Shown: piece after piece, positions 10,648-33,710 of the stretch | Numbering within the stretch: position 1 is the stretch's first letter | Layout: each line of letters opens with the position of its first letter | DNA from: Heteronotia binoei | Taxonomy: Eukaryota | Assembly (NCBI RefSeq): GCF_032191835.1 | Contig: NC_083236.1 | Coordinates: 70,680,001-70,744,000, forward strand | Reading direction: 5' to 3' | Length of the DNA: 64,000 nucleotides | Position numbers and translations under genes: made by a program | The notes under the pieces: generated by a model | Told to the model about the DNA's origin: nothing | Databases searched by the model: none | The model's input: the letters and a program-made list of their open reading frames with translations, nothing else

Positions 10648-11858
10648 TAAAACAACGTCAAGGAATTAACAGTACTTGGTTTAATTCTTTAAAAAAAAGA
10701 GAGAGAGAAGGCAAACCAGAACACAGGACCCCAAGAGTTGGAGGACATGCCTTCCATTGACCGAGAAGGCCTTTGATACATGCTTCCCCCAGATCTTTAC
10801 AGCAGGAAGGGGAGACGGAGGAGCAGGAAAGGTACAAGGCCCTTGAGAAATTGAAAAGGGGGGGGGGGTCAAAAGAGAGCAATAATAGCCTCTTTTCAGA
10901 TCCCAGCAAGAGACTTTCATCCCCCCTTTCCAGCCCTCTGCCTTAAGTCCTGCTTTACAGGGCTGACCTCTTGAGCAGGTTGCTTCTCAGTGCTGCTTGG
11001 GCAGAACGGAGCATGGCAGCCGCGTCCAGGATCAGTGCTCGAAGCCATCCAGCAACCTCTGCTTCGAGGCCCCAAGTCTTTTTGACAACAGCAGGGATGT
11101 CTGGGAAGAGGCAGAGAAGTCTCTCTAGCAGCAGAGGCCTCAGGAAATGGGCCAAAGCCAACCTGCATGCAGGGAGGCCTGCTGGGGAAAGCGGAGGAGG
11201 GCCTCAAACCCAGCTGATGGGAGTTCCAGGGAGGGGTGGGTGCGGAGGCAGCAGAGGGTGAGTGCATCAATAACAAAGGTCACTTGACGGTGCTTGTCAA
11301 TCCAAGGGAGGGAGCAGAGGTGCTGCCAAAGGGGGTCTGGGGAGCACATCTCATCTACTGGCAGGCCTGACCCCCGGGAGCCACAAAAGGAGGAGCGCCA
11401 TGCCATGCCTGCCTCTACACACGCAGGCAGCAGTGTGGATCGGGACCCTGCTCCTTTTCAGAATGCACGCAAGCTCATTCTTGCAAGGGCCACGTTTGAA
11501 TTCGTTTGCAAGGGTCCTGGGATCCGATTCCTCCAACCCCCAAACCCAAGAATGTGACCCAAAACCCAGACTGAAAGGAGAGTCTCTGGAACAAAAAACA
11601 ACCCTGCAAAGTGTCCCCCCCCCCCCCGCTTACATGTAGGCAAGCCTGCCACCGCCTCTGCCGCTTCAGAGAGGAGCTGAGCAATCATCCCGAAATGGGG
11701 GGAGGCATTTAGTGATGGTCTTGCCACGTGCCCACAGAGTGGGGGACCAGTCCAAAGAGGAGGAGGAGGGGGGAACAGAAGGCCAGGGGTCTCTTACAGA
11801 GACCCCACAAATCATACATGGCCGAGGCAGAAGCAGCACTTCCTAGGAGCGAGGGAGG

Positions 11859-22355
<10,497 letters not shown>

Positions 22356-22531
22356 CCTGGCCGGAGTCTCGCCGCTTCCCTTTTCTTCCCAGGACTTCCG
22401 GGTTCCCTTTCAGCCCACTTCCGGGTCGCCTCGCGCATGACGTCAACCCGTCGCCTTCTGGAGGAAGAGGCGGCGGTCACGTGGCCGGGCCTGGCAGGCC
22501 TCTGCTGCGGGTCGAGCGCCAAGCGGTCGCT

Positions 22532-22565
22532 ATGGTGACGGCAGGGCCGACAAGGGGCCTCTCAG
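22532..22565 (+). CDS. SPATA33: Putative first coding exon of SPATA33 (MVTAGPTRGLS)
   Basis: Starts MVT like human SPATA33 and sits at the syntenic position. No GT donor occurs before the in-frame TAG at 22568; only CAG|GCTAGG is available. Confidence 0.4.
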
Positions 22566-22567
22566 GC

Positions 22568-23033
22568 TAGGGTTGCCAATCCCCAGGTGGGGGCAGGGGA
22601 TCCCCCGGTTTGGGGTCATCGGAAAGGGTGGGTGGGAAACGTCTGCTGGGCACTCCATTATTCCCTATGGAGACTGATTCCCATAGGGTATAGTGAAGAA
22701 TCGATCTGTGGCTATCTGGAGGGCCTGGTTTTTGAGGTAGAGGCACCACATTTTCAGCCTAGCATCTTGTGCCTCTCCTCAAAACACCCTCCAAGTTTCA
22801 AAATGATTGGACCAGGGGGTCCAAATGTATGAGCCCCCAAAGAAGGTGCCTCTATCCTTCATTATTTCCAATGGAGGGAAGGCATTTAAAAGGTGTGCAG
22901 TCCCTTTAAATGTGATGGCCCTTTGGAGTTCAGTTGTGCTGGTCACAACCTTGTTCCTGCCCCCCCCCCCCCCCAGTCTCCTGGCTCCACGACAAACTCC
23001 CCGATATTTTTTTTATTGGACTTGGCAACCCTA
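22568..23033 (+). mobile_element. hAT MITE (TAGGGTTGCCA family) abutting SPATA33 exon 1
   Basis: TIRs TAGGGTTGCCAA / TTGGCAACCCTA; degenerate TSD TCTCAGGC/CGTCAGGG. Confidence 0.85.
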
Positions 23034-24323
23034 CGTCAGGGGGGAAGGGGCGGTCTGCGTGTTGTTTTGTTCCGGGAGGAGGAAGCCTGGAGGGGAGCTG
23101 CCCTCACCACCCATCGATGCTGCTGTAAGACAAGCAGAGTGAGTCCCGCTGCGGAGGCACCTTCAAACAGATGCCTGGCACCTTCACACGTGCATACAGA
23201 CACATGTATCCTGTAACTGCCAACAGCAGCCCGGGACGGCGAGAGGCCAGTTTAATCAAAAAAGTCATTCGTCATAGGCGCCTGAAGGTGATGGTAGCTG
23301 GACCCCCGTGTTTTGTTTTGTGTTGCTTGCAGGCTGACACAGCTGCCCGTCAGAAAAAGTCAAATGCATCAAGGATGAGAACAGAACAGAAGTTGCATTA
23401 AAGCATCATGGGCCCAACTGGCAGGGCAAGGAATCAAAACACACGCTCGGTTGCAGGCAAAGCCATCTCCACCTTACATTTCCATCCCAGGAAATGTAAT
23501 GTAAATCCCATCTCCCCTGTACTGCTCTCACAACAACCTTGTGGGGCTGATTAACCCCTGCAAGAATTGAGAACCGGGCTGTGGAATGCTGAAGTGGCAC
23601 AATGGATTAGAGCTGCTCTTCTGGGAATGTTCCCTATGCCAGAACACCCTGCAAGCATAAAACAAGCACAAAAAGCCAAGAAAGGGACTGCCAGTCTTCT
23701 GACTACAGGGAGCTATTTAATGCACAGCACTCAAAAATGAAATCCACCGCTTGGCAGACTGGAAAGAAGGGCTATGGAATTCAGGGAGTCCCTTGACTTG
23801 TTCTGTGCTTTGCAGTGCTTAGCTTGAGTCTCTCCCAACATTCTTGCACCATCCAAGCCATTCTAAGAAAAGTGCCAAAAAGACACTTTAAAAACACTTT
23901 AAGAGCAACTACAGTGGACAGCAAGTTGCCTTCGGTTGTGCAAAATCTCTGAAAATTGCCAATCGCTGCTTAACTATGACACTCACAAGGTGGCCTCACT
24001 TTCTCTTGGTCCGGTATGGTTTGTGAGATGGTTTGAAAGATGTAAGTATTATGTTTTAAAACATACTAATCTGCCAATTAAAAAAAAAAAGTCAAATATA
24101 ACCCATCCTGAGCCTTTTGGAGGGCAAGGCTGAAATACACCAACTGGGAGCTGAGCCCAGGATGAACAGGCGAGAGAAATCTGTACTTCCTGACAGGTTC
24201 CAGGAGGAAAGCCCGGAACTGCTTTGTAGTGCTAATATCACTCAGAGAAAGGAAACAGAAATAGCTCTTGCGTGACATGACCCACTCTAGCTAGAGATCC
24301 CCTGCCTTGACAATAGCTTAGAA

Positions 24324-24571
24324 CAGGGGTGGCCAAACTTGCTTAATGTAGGAGCCACATAGAATAAACAGATGTTTGAGAGCTGGAAGGAAGGCAGTCA
24401 GACAGACAAATAGATGGGGGAGGGAGGAGGGGGAGACAGGTGGAAAGAAAGCAACTTTAATTTTAAATGCCTTCTCCAAGCTGGCTGACGGGGCAGTGGG
24501 GGCTTCAAGAGCCACACAGTATGTGTGAAAGAGCCATGTGTGGCTCCCGAGCTACAGTTTGGCCACCCCTG
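24324..24571. mobile_element. hAT MITE
   Basis: TIRs CAGGGGTGGCCAAACT / AGTTTGGCCACCCCTG; TSD GCTTAGAA/ACTTAGAA. Confidence 0.85.
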
Positions 24572-25379
24572 ACTTAGAATAAATTTCCCTGGCTCAGCTT
24601 TTCCATTTCAATCCTGTTAGAGTTAATTCTGTGGGAAGGAGCCCCATGACTTTGAAGGGGGCAGCCCAGCCCCCGGGGCCTGAAGCCATCCTGGCCCTTC
24701 CCCATTGAGAGACCCCAGGCTTTCCAGATGGAGGAACAGATGAGAGGGTGTGTCCGGGGTCTTCCTTGAGCCGAGGTCCCTCTTTGGGCAGCAGCATGTG
24801 GTGTGCAGTTTCTTTGATGATGATGGCGCTGCTTGGTGCTGAGTCACAAAAGGACCCAAGCAGTGCCACAAGATGTAGCAGTGCCAATGAAGGGGGGGGG
24901 CAAGGGCTGTTGGCTCACCTATGGGGCGGTCTCACAGCAAACAGGACGACGGGGCAGGAGGTAAAGCATTCTCATTCCTCTTAACAAAGGGATGCTGCGG
25001 AAGGCTAAAAGCTGGCATGAGCGAGGCCAGGCTGGGAGGAAATCTCAAGAGTCAGGGCCTTTGGGTTTGGTGAGCAGCTTCCACTGCAAGCACCCTCACT
25101 TAGAGAAGGCCTGGCCTTGGACTGTCTGGCACCCTAGGCAAGGCTAACCTCTGGCACCCTCCCTCCCCCCGCCTTCACTGATAACATCACCGAGTCACAT
25201 GGGGAGCACCCAATCAGGCGTCCCCAGAAGGCCAGCGCCCTCGGAAATCACCCACTTTGCCCAGTGGCAGCGCCAGCCCTGGCTTGAAGGCTTGGGGTGA
25301 AATATGAAGCATGCTTTCCCACAGAGATCCGGGGGAGAGACTTTTCGGTAAACATGCTGCAGACCAGGATAGCTGAGAT

Positions 25380-26682
25380 ATTAGCCACAGCGTATTATTG
25401 GAACTCTCTGTCTGGGGCAGGGATGCTCTGTCTTCTTGGTGCTTGGGGGGCACAGTGGGAGGGCTTCTAGTGTCCTGGCTCCACTGGTGAATCGCCAGTG
25501 GCACCTGGGTTTTTTGGCCACTGTGTGACACAGAGTGTTGGACTGAATGGGCCATTGGCCTGATCCAACATGGCTTCTCTTATGTTCTTATGTCTGGGGC
25601 AGGGATGCTCTGTATTCTTGGTGCTTGTGGGGGGGAACAGTGGGAGGGCTTCTAGTGTCCTGGCCCCACTGGTGGACCTCCTGATGGCACCTGGGTTTTT
25701 TGCCACTGTGTGACACAGAGTGTTGTACTGGATGGGCCATTGGCCTGATCCAACAGGGCTTCTCTTATGTTCTTCTGTGACACAGAGTGTTGGACTGGAG
25801 GGGCCATTGGCCTGATCCAACAGGGCTTCGCTTATGTTCTTACGTCTGGGGCAGGGATGCTCTGTATTCTTGGTGCTTGTGGGGGGGGCACAGTGGGAGG
25901 GCTTCTAGTGTCCTGGCCCCACTGGTGGACCTCCTGATGGCACCTGGGTTTTTTGCCACTGTGTGACACAGAGTGTTGTACTGGATGGGCCATTGGCCTG
26001 ATCCAACAGGGCTTCTCTTCTGTTCTTGCAGTGATGCTCTGTATTCTTGGTGCTTGGGGGGCAGTGGGAGGGCTTCTAGTGTCCTGGCTCCACTGGTGAA
26101 CCGCCAGTGGCACCTTGGGTTTTTGGCCACTGTGTGACACAGAGTGTTGGACTGGATGGGCTGCTGGCCTGATCCAACAGGGCTTCTCTTCTGTTCTTGC
26201 AGTGATGCTCTGTATTCTTGGTGCTTGGGGGGCAGTGGGAGGGCTTCTAGTGTCCTGGCTCCACTGGTGAACCGCCAGTGGCACCTTGGGTTTTTGACCA
26301 CTGTGTGACACAGAGTGTTGGACTGGATGGGCTGCTGGCCTGATCCAACATGGCTTCTCTTATGTTCTTCTGTGACACAGAGTGTTGGACTGGATGGGCC
26401 GCTGGCCTGATCCAACATGGCTTCTCTTATGTTCTTCTGTGACACAGAGTGTTGGACTGGAGGGGCCATTGGCCTGATCCAACAGGGCTTCTCTTATGTT
26501 CTTATGTGACACAGAGTGTTGGACTGGATGGGCTGCTGGCCTGATCTACATGGCTTCTCTTATGTTCTTATGTGACACAGAGTGTTGGACTGGATGGGCT
26601 GCTGGCCTGATCCAACATGGCTTCTCTTATGTTCTTCTGTGACACAGAGTGTTGGACTGGATGGGCTGCTGGCCTGATCCAA
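25380..26682 (+). repeat. Compound array of CR1 3' ends (67-bp and ~175-185-bp units)
   Basis: Reverse complement of the 67-bp unit; about five long units interleaved with or followed by five to six short units. Confidence 0.88.
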
Positions 26683-27694
26683 TCTTTTCTTACGTAGATG
26701 CAGCTTTTTGGGAGGATGAAAGGCTAAGACAAAAGAGAATTCCCAGACTTTTTAGGGTTTGGGGCCCTTTTCTAAATGTCAGAGATCAGTTTTGGCTTTG
26801 CGCTCTTCTTTTCATCATCCTTACTGCTTGGGTCTTTCAGGCAGCAGGTGTTTCAAGTTTCAGGTATGCTGGATCAGGCCTAGATCTCAAGCAATAGTGC
26901 AGGTGGTGAGCCTGCCTGTGGACTGGACTGCTCAGCAATCAATTTCCTGTTCTATATTAGTTCCAGTATCCTAGAATCTGGAGCAGCCCCAGGCCAGGTT
27001 TTATCATGTATAAGCTGGCTGGAGGAATGACTGAGGACCTTGTGTTCCTTCCTTCATTTTTTTTCTGAATAAGGTTACTACATGTTTATTAAAGAAATCG
27101 TGAGCATCTTCCCAAAGTATTGCAGCATCTTGCAGGTTCCAGTCTGTAGGAGCAGGCCCATCCGAATGACAAAACAAACACAGAATGCCTGCCAATAGAA
27201 AAATAGAATTCTTTTGCCTGGTGCTTCACTTTCTGTGGAGGGATTTATTTTTAAAATGATGCAGCACTCCATCATGCCAGCCCCCACAAGTATTCTGAAG
27301 AAGAATAGCAGAAGTCTAGAGCCCTGTGCACAGAGTGGTAAAGCTGCAGTACTGCAGTCCTAAGCTCTGCTCGTGACCTGAGTTCAATCCTGGCAGAAGC
27401 CCAAGGTTGACTCAGCCTTCCATCCTTCTGAGGTCAGTAAAATGAGTCCCCAGCTTGCTGGGGGGAAAGTGCAGATGACTGGGGAAGGCAGTGGCAAACC
27501 ACCCCGTAAAAAGTCTGCCGTGAAAACACTGTGAAAGCAGCGTCACCCCAGAGTGGGAAACGACTGGTGCTTGCACAGAGGACTCCCTTTAACTTTATAG
27601 CTCAGACACCGATGGATCACTTTACCATCTCTTTGTGGGGAACTAAGGCTCAGAGTAGCTGGAGCTCATCAGGATGCAGCCAGTCCTAGCCCTG

Positions 27695-27845
27695 ACCTGA
27701 ATAGCCCAGGCAAGCCTCACCTTGTCAGATTTTGGAAGCTAAGCAGAGTCGACCCTGGCAAGTACTTGGCTGAGAGGACTCCAAGGAACACCAGCAGTCA
27801 GGAGGCGGGGGCAGGCTTTATTCAGCCACCTTTCTGAATATCCTC
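27695..27845 (+). mobile_element. 5S rRNA-derived SINE, degenerate
   Basis: CAGATTTTGGAAGCTAAGCAGAGTCGACCCTGGCAAGTACTTGG resembles 5S box A through box C. Confidence 0.65.
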
Positions 27846-28239
27846 CATTCCCCAAGTAGGGGTCAATCTCCAGAGGTTGCCATGACTTCCAGGTGCATGT
27901 ACACAGACAAAAACAAAAATCCCAGGATGCAGCCGTCATACCAGTCACTGCTAACTGCTGTGCCAGATCAGTCACCTGGACCAGTATCACAGTTGTTGTG
28001 AGAAGGGGCAATCTTAGAGTTGCCAGCTCGGGCTTAGGAAATGTGTGAAGCTTTGAGGATAGAGCCTGAGGCCTGCAGAATCTGAGGGACGGAGAGAGCC
28101 CTGTGGGGATGTGATTCTGTACAGTTTGTCCTCCAAAGGTGGAACCGATTGCCTGGAGATTGCCTTGTAATTGCTGGAGATCTCCAGCCACCACCTGGAG
28201 GCTGAGCAACACACAGCAACTGCAGCGGAGATAGAGCAG

Positions 28240-28992
28240 CACACAAGAAAACACTGCATATAATACTTATACACTATATATTCATGCTTTTAAATATATA
28301 TATATTTTCTGTCAAATGTACTAGCTTGTAACATAACCTGCGCTTGAAATAACAAATTACTTATACCAGCCACATACGCTCCAAAACAGATATCTTAAAG
28401 GCTCGGTCCTTCAACAAACAGTCCTTAAAAGAGACAGCTGCTCACCCAATGTACTTGGTTGATCCAACGGACTTGCAACATGAAGAGAATGAAGCCGTCT
28501 TCTAAATGAATGCTGAGGTATTTTGAGCCAAAAGAAGAAAATATCTCAAATGGAGGTACAGGAAGTCCTTCGAAGCAAGAGCGCTGACTTGAAAATAGAT
28601 AGAACTGTAGCCTGTAGCGCAACATTCCAGACGTAACTGTAGCCTGATGAAGTCTTCAAAAGAAACGTGTGTGTAAAGCTAGGCAGCATGTTGCCACTGG
28701 GCTCTACCTGAAGAGCTCTCTGCTGCTCCTTTGAAGGACTTCCTGTGCCTCCATTTGAGAGTCTTTCTTCTTTTGGCTCAAAAGTCCATTGGATCAACCA
28801 GAGTACATTGGGTGAGCAGCTGTCTCTTTCAAGGACCGAGCCTTTAAGATATTTGTTTTGGAGCCTATGTGGCTGGTATTTGTTATTTCAAGCGCAGTTT
28901 ATGTTACAAGCCAGTACAGAAAATAATATATTTAAAAAGTAAAGTATGAATATATAGTGTGTTAAGTATTATATGCAGTGTTTTCTTGTGTG
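28240..28992. repeat. ~750-bp foldback (long inverted repeat)
   Basis: Arms at about 28240-28575 and 28730-28992 are reverse complements with indels. Confidence 0.85.
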
Positions 28993-30387
28993 TTGTGCCA
29001 CCTAGAGGTTGGCAACTTTAGGCCCCTTGGAAGCAGCACTGCTGTCCAGCTCCCCTAGAGAAAATGGGTGTTCTGGAGGATGGACTCTGACATTATACCA
29101 GGTCCCTCCCCAGGCTCTGATTGCAAGATCGCCAAGTATTTCTCATCCAGGAGTTGACAACCATAGCTCCTCAGTTGTGCTGAGTTCATCAGTTGTATAA
29201 GTCTTCTAGACTGAGAACCAATTTGGTGTAGTGGTTAAGTGTGCGGATTCTTATCTGGAAGAACCAGGTTTGATTCCCCACTCCTCCACTTGCAGCTGCT
29301 GGAATAGCCTTGGGTCAGCCATAGCTCTTGCAGAGCTGTCCTTGAAAGGGGCAGCTTCTGGGATATCTCTCTCAGCCCCACCTGCCTCACAGGGTGTCTG
29401 TTGTGGGAGAGGAAGATAAAGGAGATTGTGAGCCGCTCTGAGATTCGGAGTAGAGGGTAGGATATAAATCCAATATCATCATCATTCCAAGGAGTGATGG
29501 TGCTTCCTCTGTATTGTGAGAAAAGGAAAGGCCCCTCATGCAAGCACCAGTCGCTTCCGACTCTGGGGTGACGTTGCTTCCACAACGTTTTCATGGCAGA
29601 CTTTTTAACGGGGTGGTTTGCCATTGCCTTTCCCAGTCATCTACGCTTTCCCCCCCAGCAAGCTGGGGACTCCTTTGACCGATCTCGGAAGGATGGAAGG
29701 CTGAACCAACCTCGAGCCGGCTACCTGAAAACCCAGCTTCCACCGAGGATTGAACTCAGGCCGTGAGCAGAGCTTAGGACCGCCGCTTGAACACTGTGTG
29801 CTACGGGGCTAGTGTCTGTATTGTGAAGGGTGCCCCAAATGTTATTAACAGATTACACTATCAAATGAGATGCTGGTGGGTAGCTGTGCTGGTCTGAAGC
29901 AGCAGCATAAAGTTAGAGTCCAGTGGCACCTTTCAGACCAGCAGAGTTTTATTCCAGGCATGAGCTCGTGTGTTTGTGCACCGGAAAGCTCATACCTCGA
30001 ATAAAACTTAGTTGCCACAGGACTCTTTTCTGCACCATCAAGTGTGCAACTACAAAGCGTTCAGAGCAGACTCTGAAAAGGATGGCTGGAAAAGGGTTAT
30101 CATTAGGCCTCTTCTTAATAGATTAATGGAGAAAAAAGTCTAACAACAACTAGACGCCCCCATCCCCATATTCTGCACTGAGAAGAGGTGGGGTGGGGGG
30201 GCTTACTGGGGGCTTTTCTGGATGCTTGTCTAGAGAAAACCTTGGATTGCTACAGAGGGCTCTTCTGGTATAAGAAAGCACAAGAAAGGGAGAGAAGAGG
30301 AACGTTGTCTCTTCTTTCTGCTCTTTCTTTTTCACACAGGGATAGATACTGGCAAGATTAAAGATTCCAAGCCACAAGTCAAACCGG

Positions 30388-30446
30388 ACCAGAATGCACA
30401 CGCGCACCAGAATGCACACGCGCACCAGAATGCACACGCACACCAG
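30388..30446. repeat. 18-bp tandem repeat x3
   Basis: ACCAGAATGCACACGCGC at 30388, 30406, 30424. Confidence 0.85.
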
Positions 30447-30774
30447 GGCTTCTCCCAGGCCTCCACATCCAGGCCAAGAAAGTCACTGGCACATTCTGGT
30501 CATTTAGAAGGTAAGTGTCAATTGCATGTTCTCAAGCACAGACCCCTTTAAGGCCCTTTGTGCATCTGACAAAAGAGAGCAATTGCTTGGGGAGGGCTGT
30601 GGTTGAGTGGTAGAGCATCTGCTTGGTATGCAGAAGGTCCCAGGTCCCAGGAGTAGCCTTGCTGCTGGTCTTTCCACTTTCCCCTCTCCCCTCCCCTAAC
30701 ACAGCGTGCACAGCAAGGGGGGTGGGTGTTAGCTTGTGGAACTCAAGGCAGCTTATAGCATCAAGAGCCCAGGG

Positions 30775-31236
30775 TAGGGTTGCCAAGTCCAACTCAAATA
30801 TCTGGGGACTTTGGGGGTGGAGCCAGAAGCAAGGGTGTGACAAGCATGATTGAACTTTGAAGGGAGCTCTGGCAAGCACATTTACGGAGACTGCACACCT
30901 CTTAAATGCTTTCCCTCGACTGGAAATAATGAAGGAGAGGGGCACCTTCTTTGGGGACTCTTAGAATTGGACCCCTGGTCCAGAAACTTGGGGGTTGTTT
31001 TGAGGAGAGGCACTGGATGCTATACTGAAAACTTGGTTTCTCTAGCTAAAAAGAACCAGTCCCACTCCCCTAGAGCCCCAGATACCTGCAGATTAATCTT
31101 CCATTATACCCTATGGGAATTGGTCTCCATAGGGTATAATGGAGTGCCCAGCAGACATTTCCCTCCCCCCAACCACCGCTTTCTGATAACCCTGAAGTGG
31201 GAGGAGGGCCTGCGAACTGGGGGATCCCTGGCTGCA
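30775..31236 (-). mobile_element. hAT MITE (TAGGGTTGCCA family)
   Basis: TAGGGTTGCCAAGTCC end; other end decayed; possible TSD GCCCAGGG/GCCCTGGG. Confidence 0.75.
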
Positions 31237-31532
31237 GCCCTGGGGCAGAGGGCTTGCTGCTCCAGCCATGACTGCTCCTCTCCTCTGGCTCTTTGCTCTG
31301 AGTGAAGGACTACATTGCCATCCATTCATCCCACAGGTTAATGTTCCAGGCACTGGACTGCCTGCTGTAGGTGGGCTCGGTTGACTAGAATGCCAGAAAA
31401 AGGTGGTTCCTGTTTTTAGATTCCTCACTTAGGCATTTTAATTTTTGTAGTCTTTTAATCTGTATTTTGCAATCTGTAGAGAAGTGGACTTAATTTTCTA
31501 AACATATGACAGTCTTCGTGTGAAACTAAAGC

Positions 31533-31910
31533 ATAAGAACGTAAGAGAAGCCATGTTGGATCAGGCCAATGGCCCATCCATTCCAACACTCTGTCACACA
31601 GTGGCCAAGAAAAAAACAGGCACCATCAGGAGGTCCACCAGTGGGGCCAGGACACTAGAAGCCCTCCCACTGTGCCCCCCCAACACCAAGAATACAGAGC
31701 ATCCCTGCCCCAGACAGAGAGTTCCGTCTACATCTTGTGGCTAATAGCCACTGATGGCCCTCTGCTCCATATGTTGATCCAATCCCTTCTTGAAGCTGGC
31801 AATGCTTGTAGCTGCCACCACCTCCTGTGGCAGTGAATTCCACATGTTAATCACCCTTTGGGTGAAGAAGGACTTCCTTCTATCAGTTCTAACCCGACTG
31901 CTCAGCAAAC
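31533..31910 (-). mobile_element. CR1 3' end, single-unit form of the 67-bp array family
   Basis: Minus strand encodes VRTDRRKSFFTQRVINMWNSLPQEVVAA (CR1 ORF2 end), followed by 3' UTR and a TTCTTATG tail. Confidence 0.85.
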
Positions 31911-33510
31911 CTAGTCTGACCTTGGGTGGCTCGTAGAGGTGCTGATCTGGAGGTCAGAAACTGTTCTCAGGTTTTTGAGGTGGGGGGAGCCCAGCCAAGA
32001 TTTGAGGAAGGAATTCTTTATGATAATGTTACGTGGCAGGGTGAAGTCTCATCTGGGACCCTCATCTCTGCTACAAGCTCACATGGTCGCTTCAGGCAAG
32101 CCCCCTTTTCTCCACCTCCGCCCCCCAGCCTCACTACAATATCCTTTGTAAGGATTACCAACAAATTTATGTTTGTAAGCTGCTCTGAACATTTGGAAAA
32201 GCTGTGCAAATGTTAAGCATCCTTATACTAAACAGCCAAGAGATGACTCAGATGCAGATCAAAAAATCTGTTAAGGGGGACTAGCCCCAGCTGCAATTGA
32301 GGGTTCTGCAAGGCCAGGGGAAATGCTAGCAAAATCTAGTTTGTTAAAAATAAATTGGGAGGGAAAGCACCAGAAATGTAAAGAGCCTGCATACACATAC
32401 ACTGCAAGCAGGAGGGGGGGGGAGAGTTTTGGCAATATCTTAGGTTGCCGTAGCAACCCAGCATGGCACCTGACAGCAGAGCTCTGCTTCAAACCACTGG
32501 AGGAGAAAAAAGGTAAAGTAGTCCCTGTGCAAGCACCAGTCGCTCGTTTCCAACTCTGGGGCGACGCTGCTTGCGCAACATTTTCATGGCAGACTTTTTA
32601 CGGGGTGGTTTGCCATTGCCTTCCCCAGTCTTCTACACTTTCCCCCCAGGAAGCTGGGGACTCATTTTACCGACCTCGGAAGGATGGGCGGCTGAGTCAA
32701 CCTTGAGCCGGCTACCTGAACCCAGCTTCCACTGAGATCAAACTCAGGTTGTGAGCAGAGCTCGGACTGCAGTACTGCAGCTTTACCACTCTGCGCCACG
32801 GGCCTCTTCTGCTGGAGGAGAAGAAGAGGGCAAAAGCAAAGTCAGGAAATGGAGGCAGTGGGGAGATGGGGAGGGAGAAGAGGAAATGGCTCAAAGGGGG
32901 AGTTAAATTTTACCTCCCATCTGAAAGGCCCCATGTGTGAATAGAAATGTAGACATTTCTTTTCTTGTATTCTTACAGTCCTTAGTCATTCTCACATCAA
33001 TGCTGCAACAATGTCTTTAATGTAAGAGGGAAGCTGCATATCTCCCTGACACACATGCTTGGAACTGGTGATTTTGTTGTAAAGCTCTTGCAAAGCTCTT
33101 TGAGGCTCACTTCCAAAAGTAGAAGCAAGAAGTTTTTGCTTTCCGGTGCTGTTGAGAAGATGTGAAGCAGCTTCTTCACCTGGGAGGCGGCTGTGGTTCA
33201 GTCCCCAGCAGGTGAAAGGATCAGGTGATGTGAAAGGCCTCAGCCTGACTCCCTGGAGAGCTGCTGCCGGTCTCGAGGAAAGGATACTGACTTTGATGGA
33301 CTGACAGTCTGGGGAAGCATAAGGCAGCTTCCTCGACAGGGGGATGGGGTGGGAAGGTGTTCAGTCGCGGCTTGTCTCCTTTTACACAGTAAGCACCAGG
33401 ACGCATGCCAGCACTGTCTGCGCCGGTCTTACATTCCTGAGACAGCAAGAAGCAGAAGGTTCTGTTCCTCTGTCGGCAGATGTGCATTTCCCTTTCTCCC
33501 TTTCCTGCAG

Positions 33511-33710
33511 CACCCGTTGATAAACCTGGGAAGAAGAAAAGGATTATTCCTAAAATCGTTGTCAGTGGGCCTTCCAACGAACAGCTGACCATTGACGACG
33601 AACTCCCTGAGACTAGAACCATCCGAGATACAGAAGACTACGGCCCATACACGGTGCACTCAAGACCCAGCACGATAGATGCCTATAAGACCACCAAAGG
33701 AGAGCAGTGA
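33511..33710 (+). CDS. SPATA33: SPATA33 terminal coding exon
   Basis: Polypyrimidine-CAG acceptor at 33510. Encodes ..KKKRIIPKIVVSGPSNE..RTIRDTEDYGPYTVHSRPSTIDAY..*, matching the human PQIIIT..RTIREPEDWGPY..H..PST.DAY block. AATAAA at 33779-33784. Confidence 0.9.

Noticed and set aside
24594-24887. Hidden antisense gene or exon within the SPATA33 intron
   Set aside because: 97-aa ORF with an acceptor-like site but no recognisable homology, no partner exons and no clear donor.
32480-32900. SPATA33 middle exon (Lys/Glu-rich stretch)
   Set aside because: Interrupted by a Sauria-like SINE (TSD CTGGAGGAGAA), with no convincing acceptor/donor pair in the required phase.
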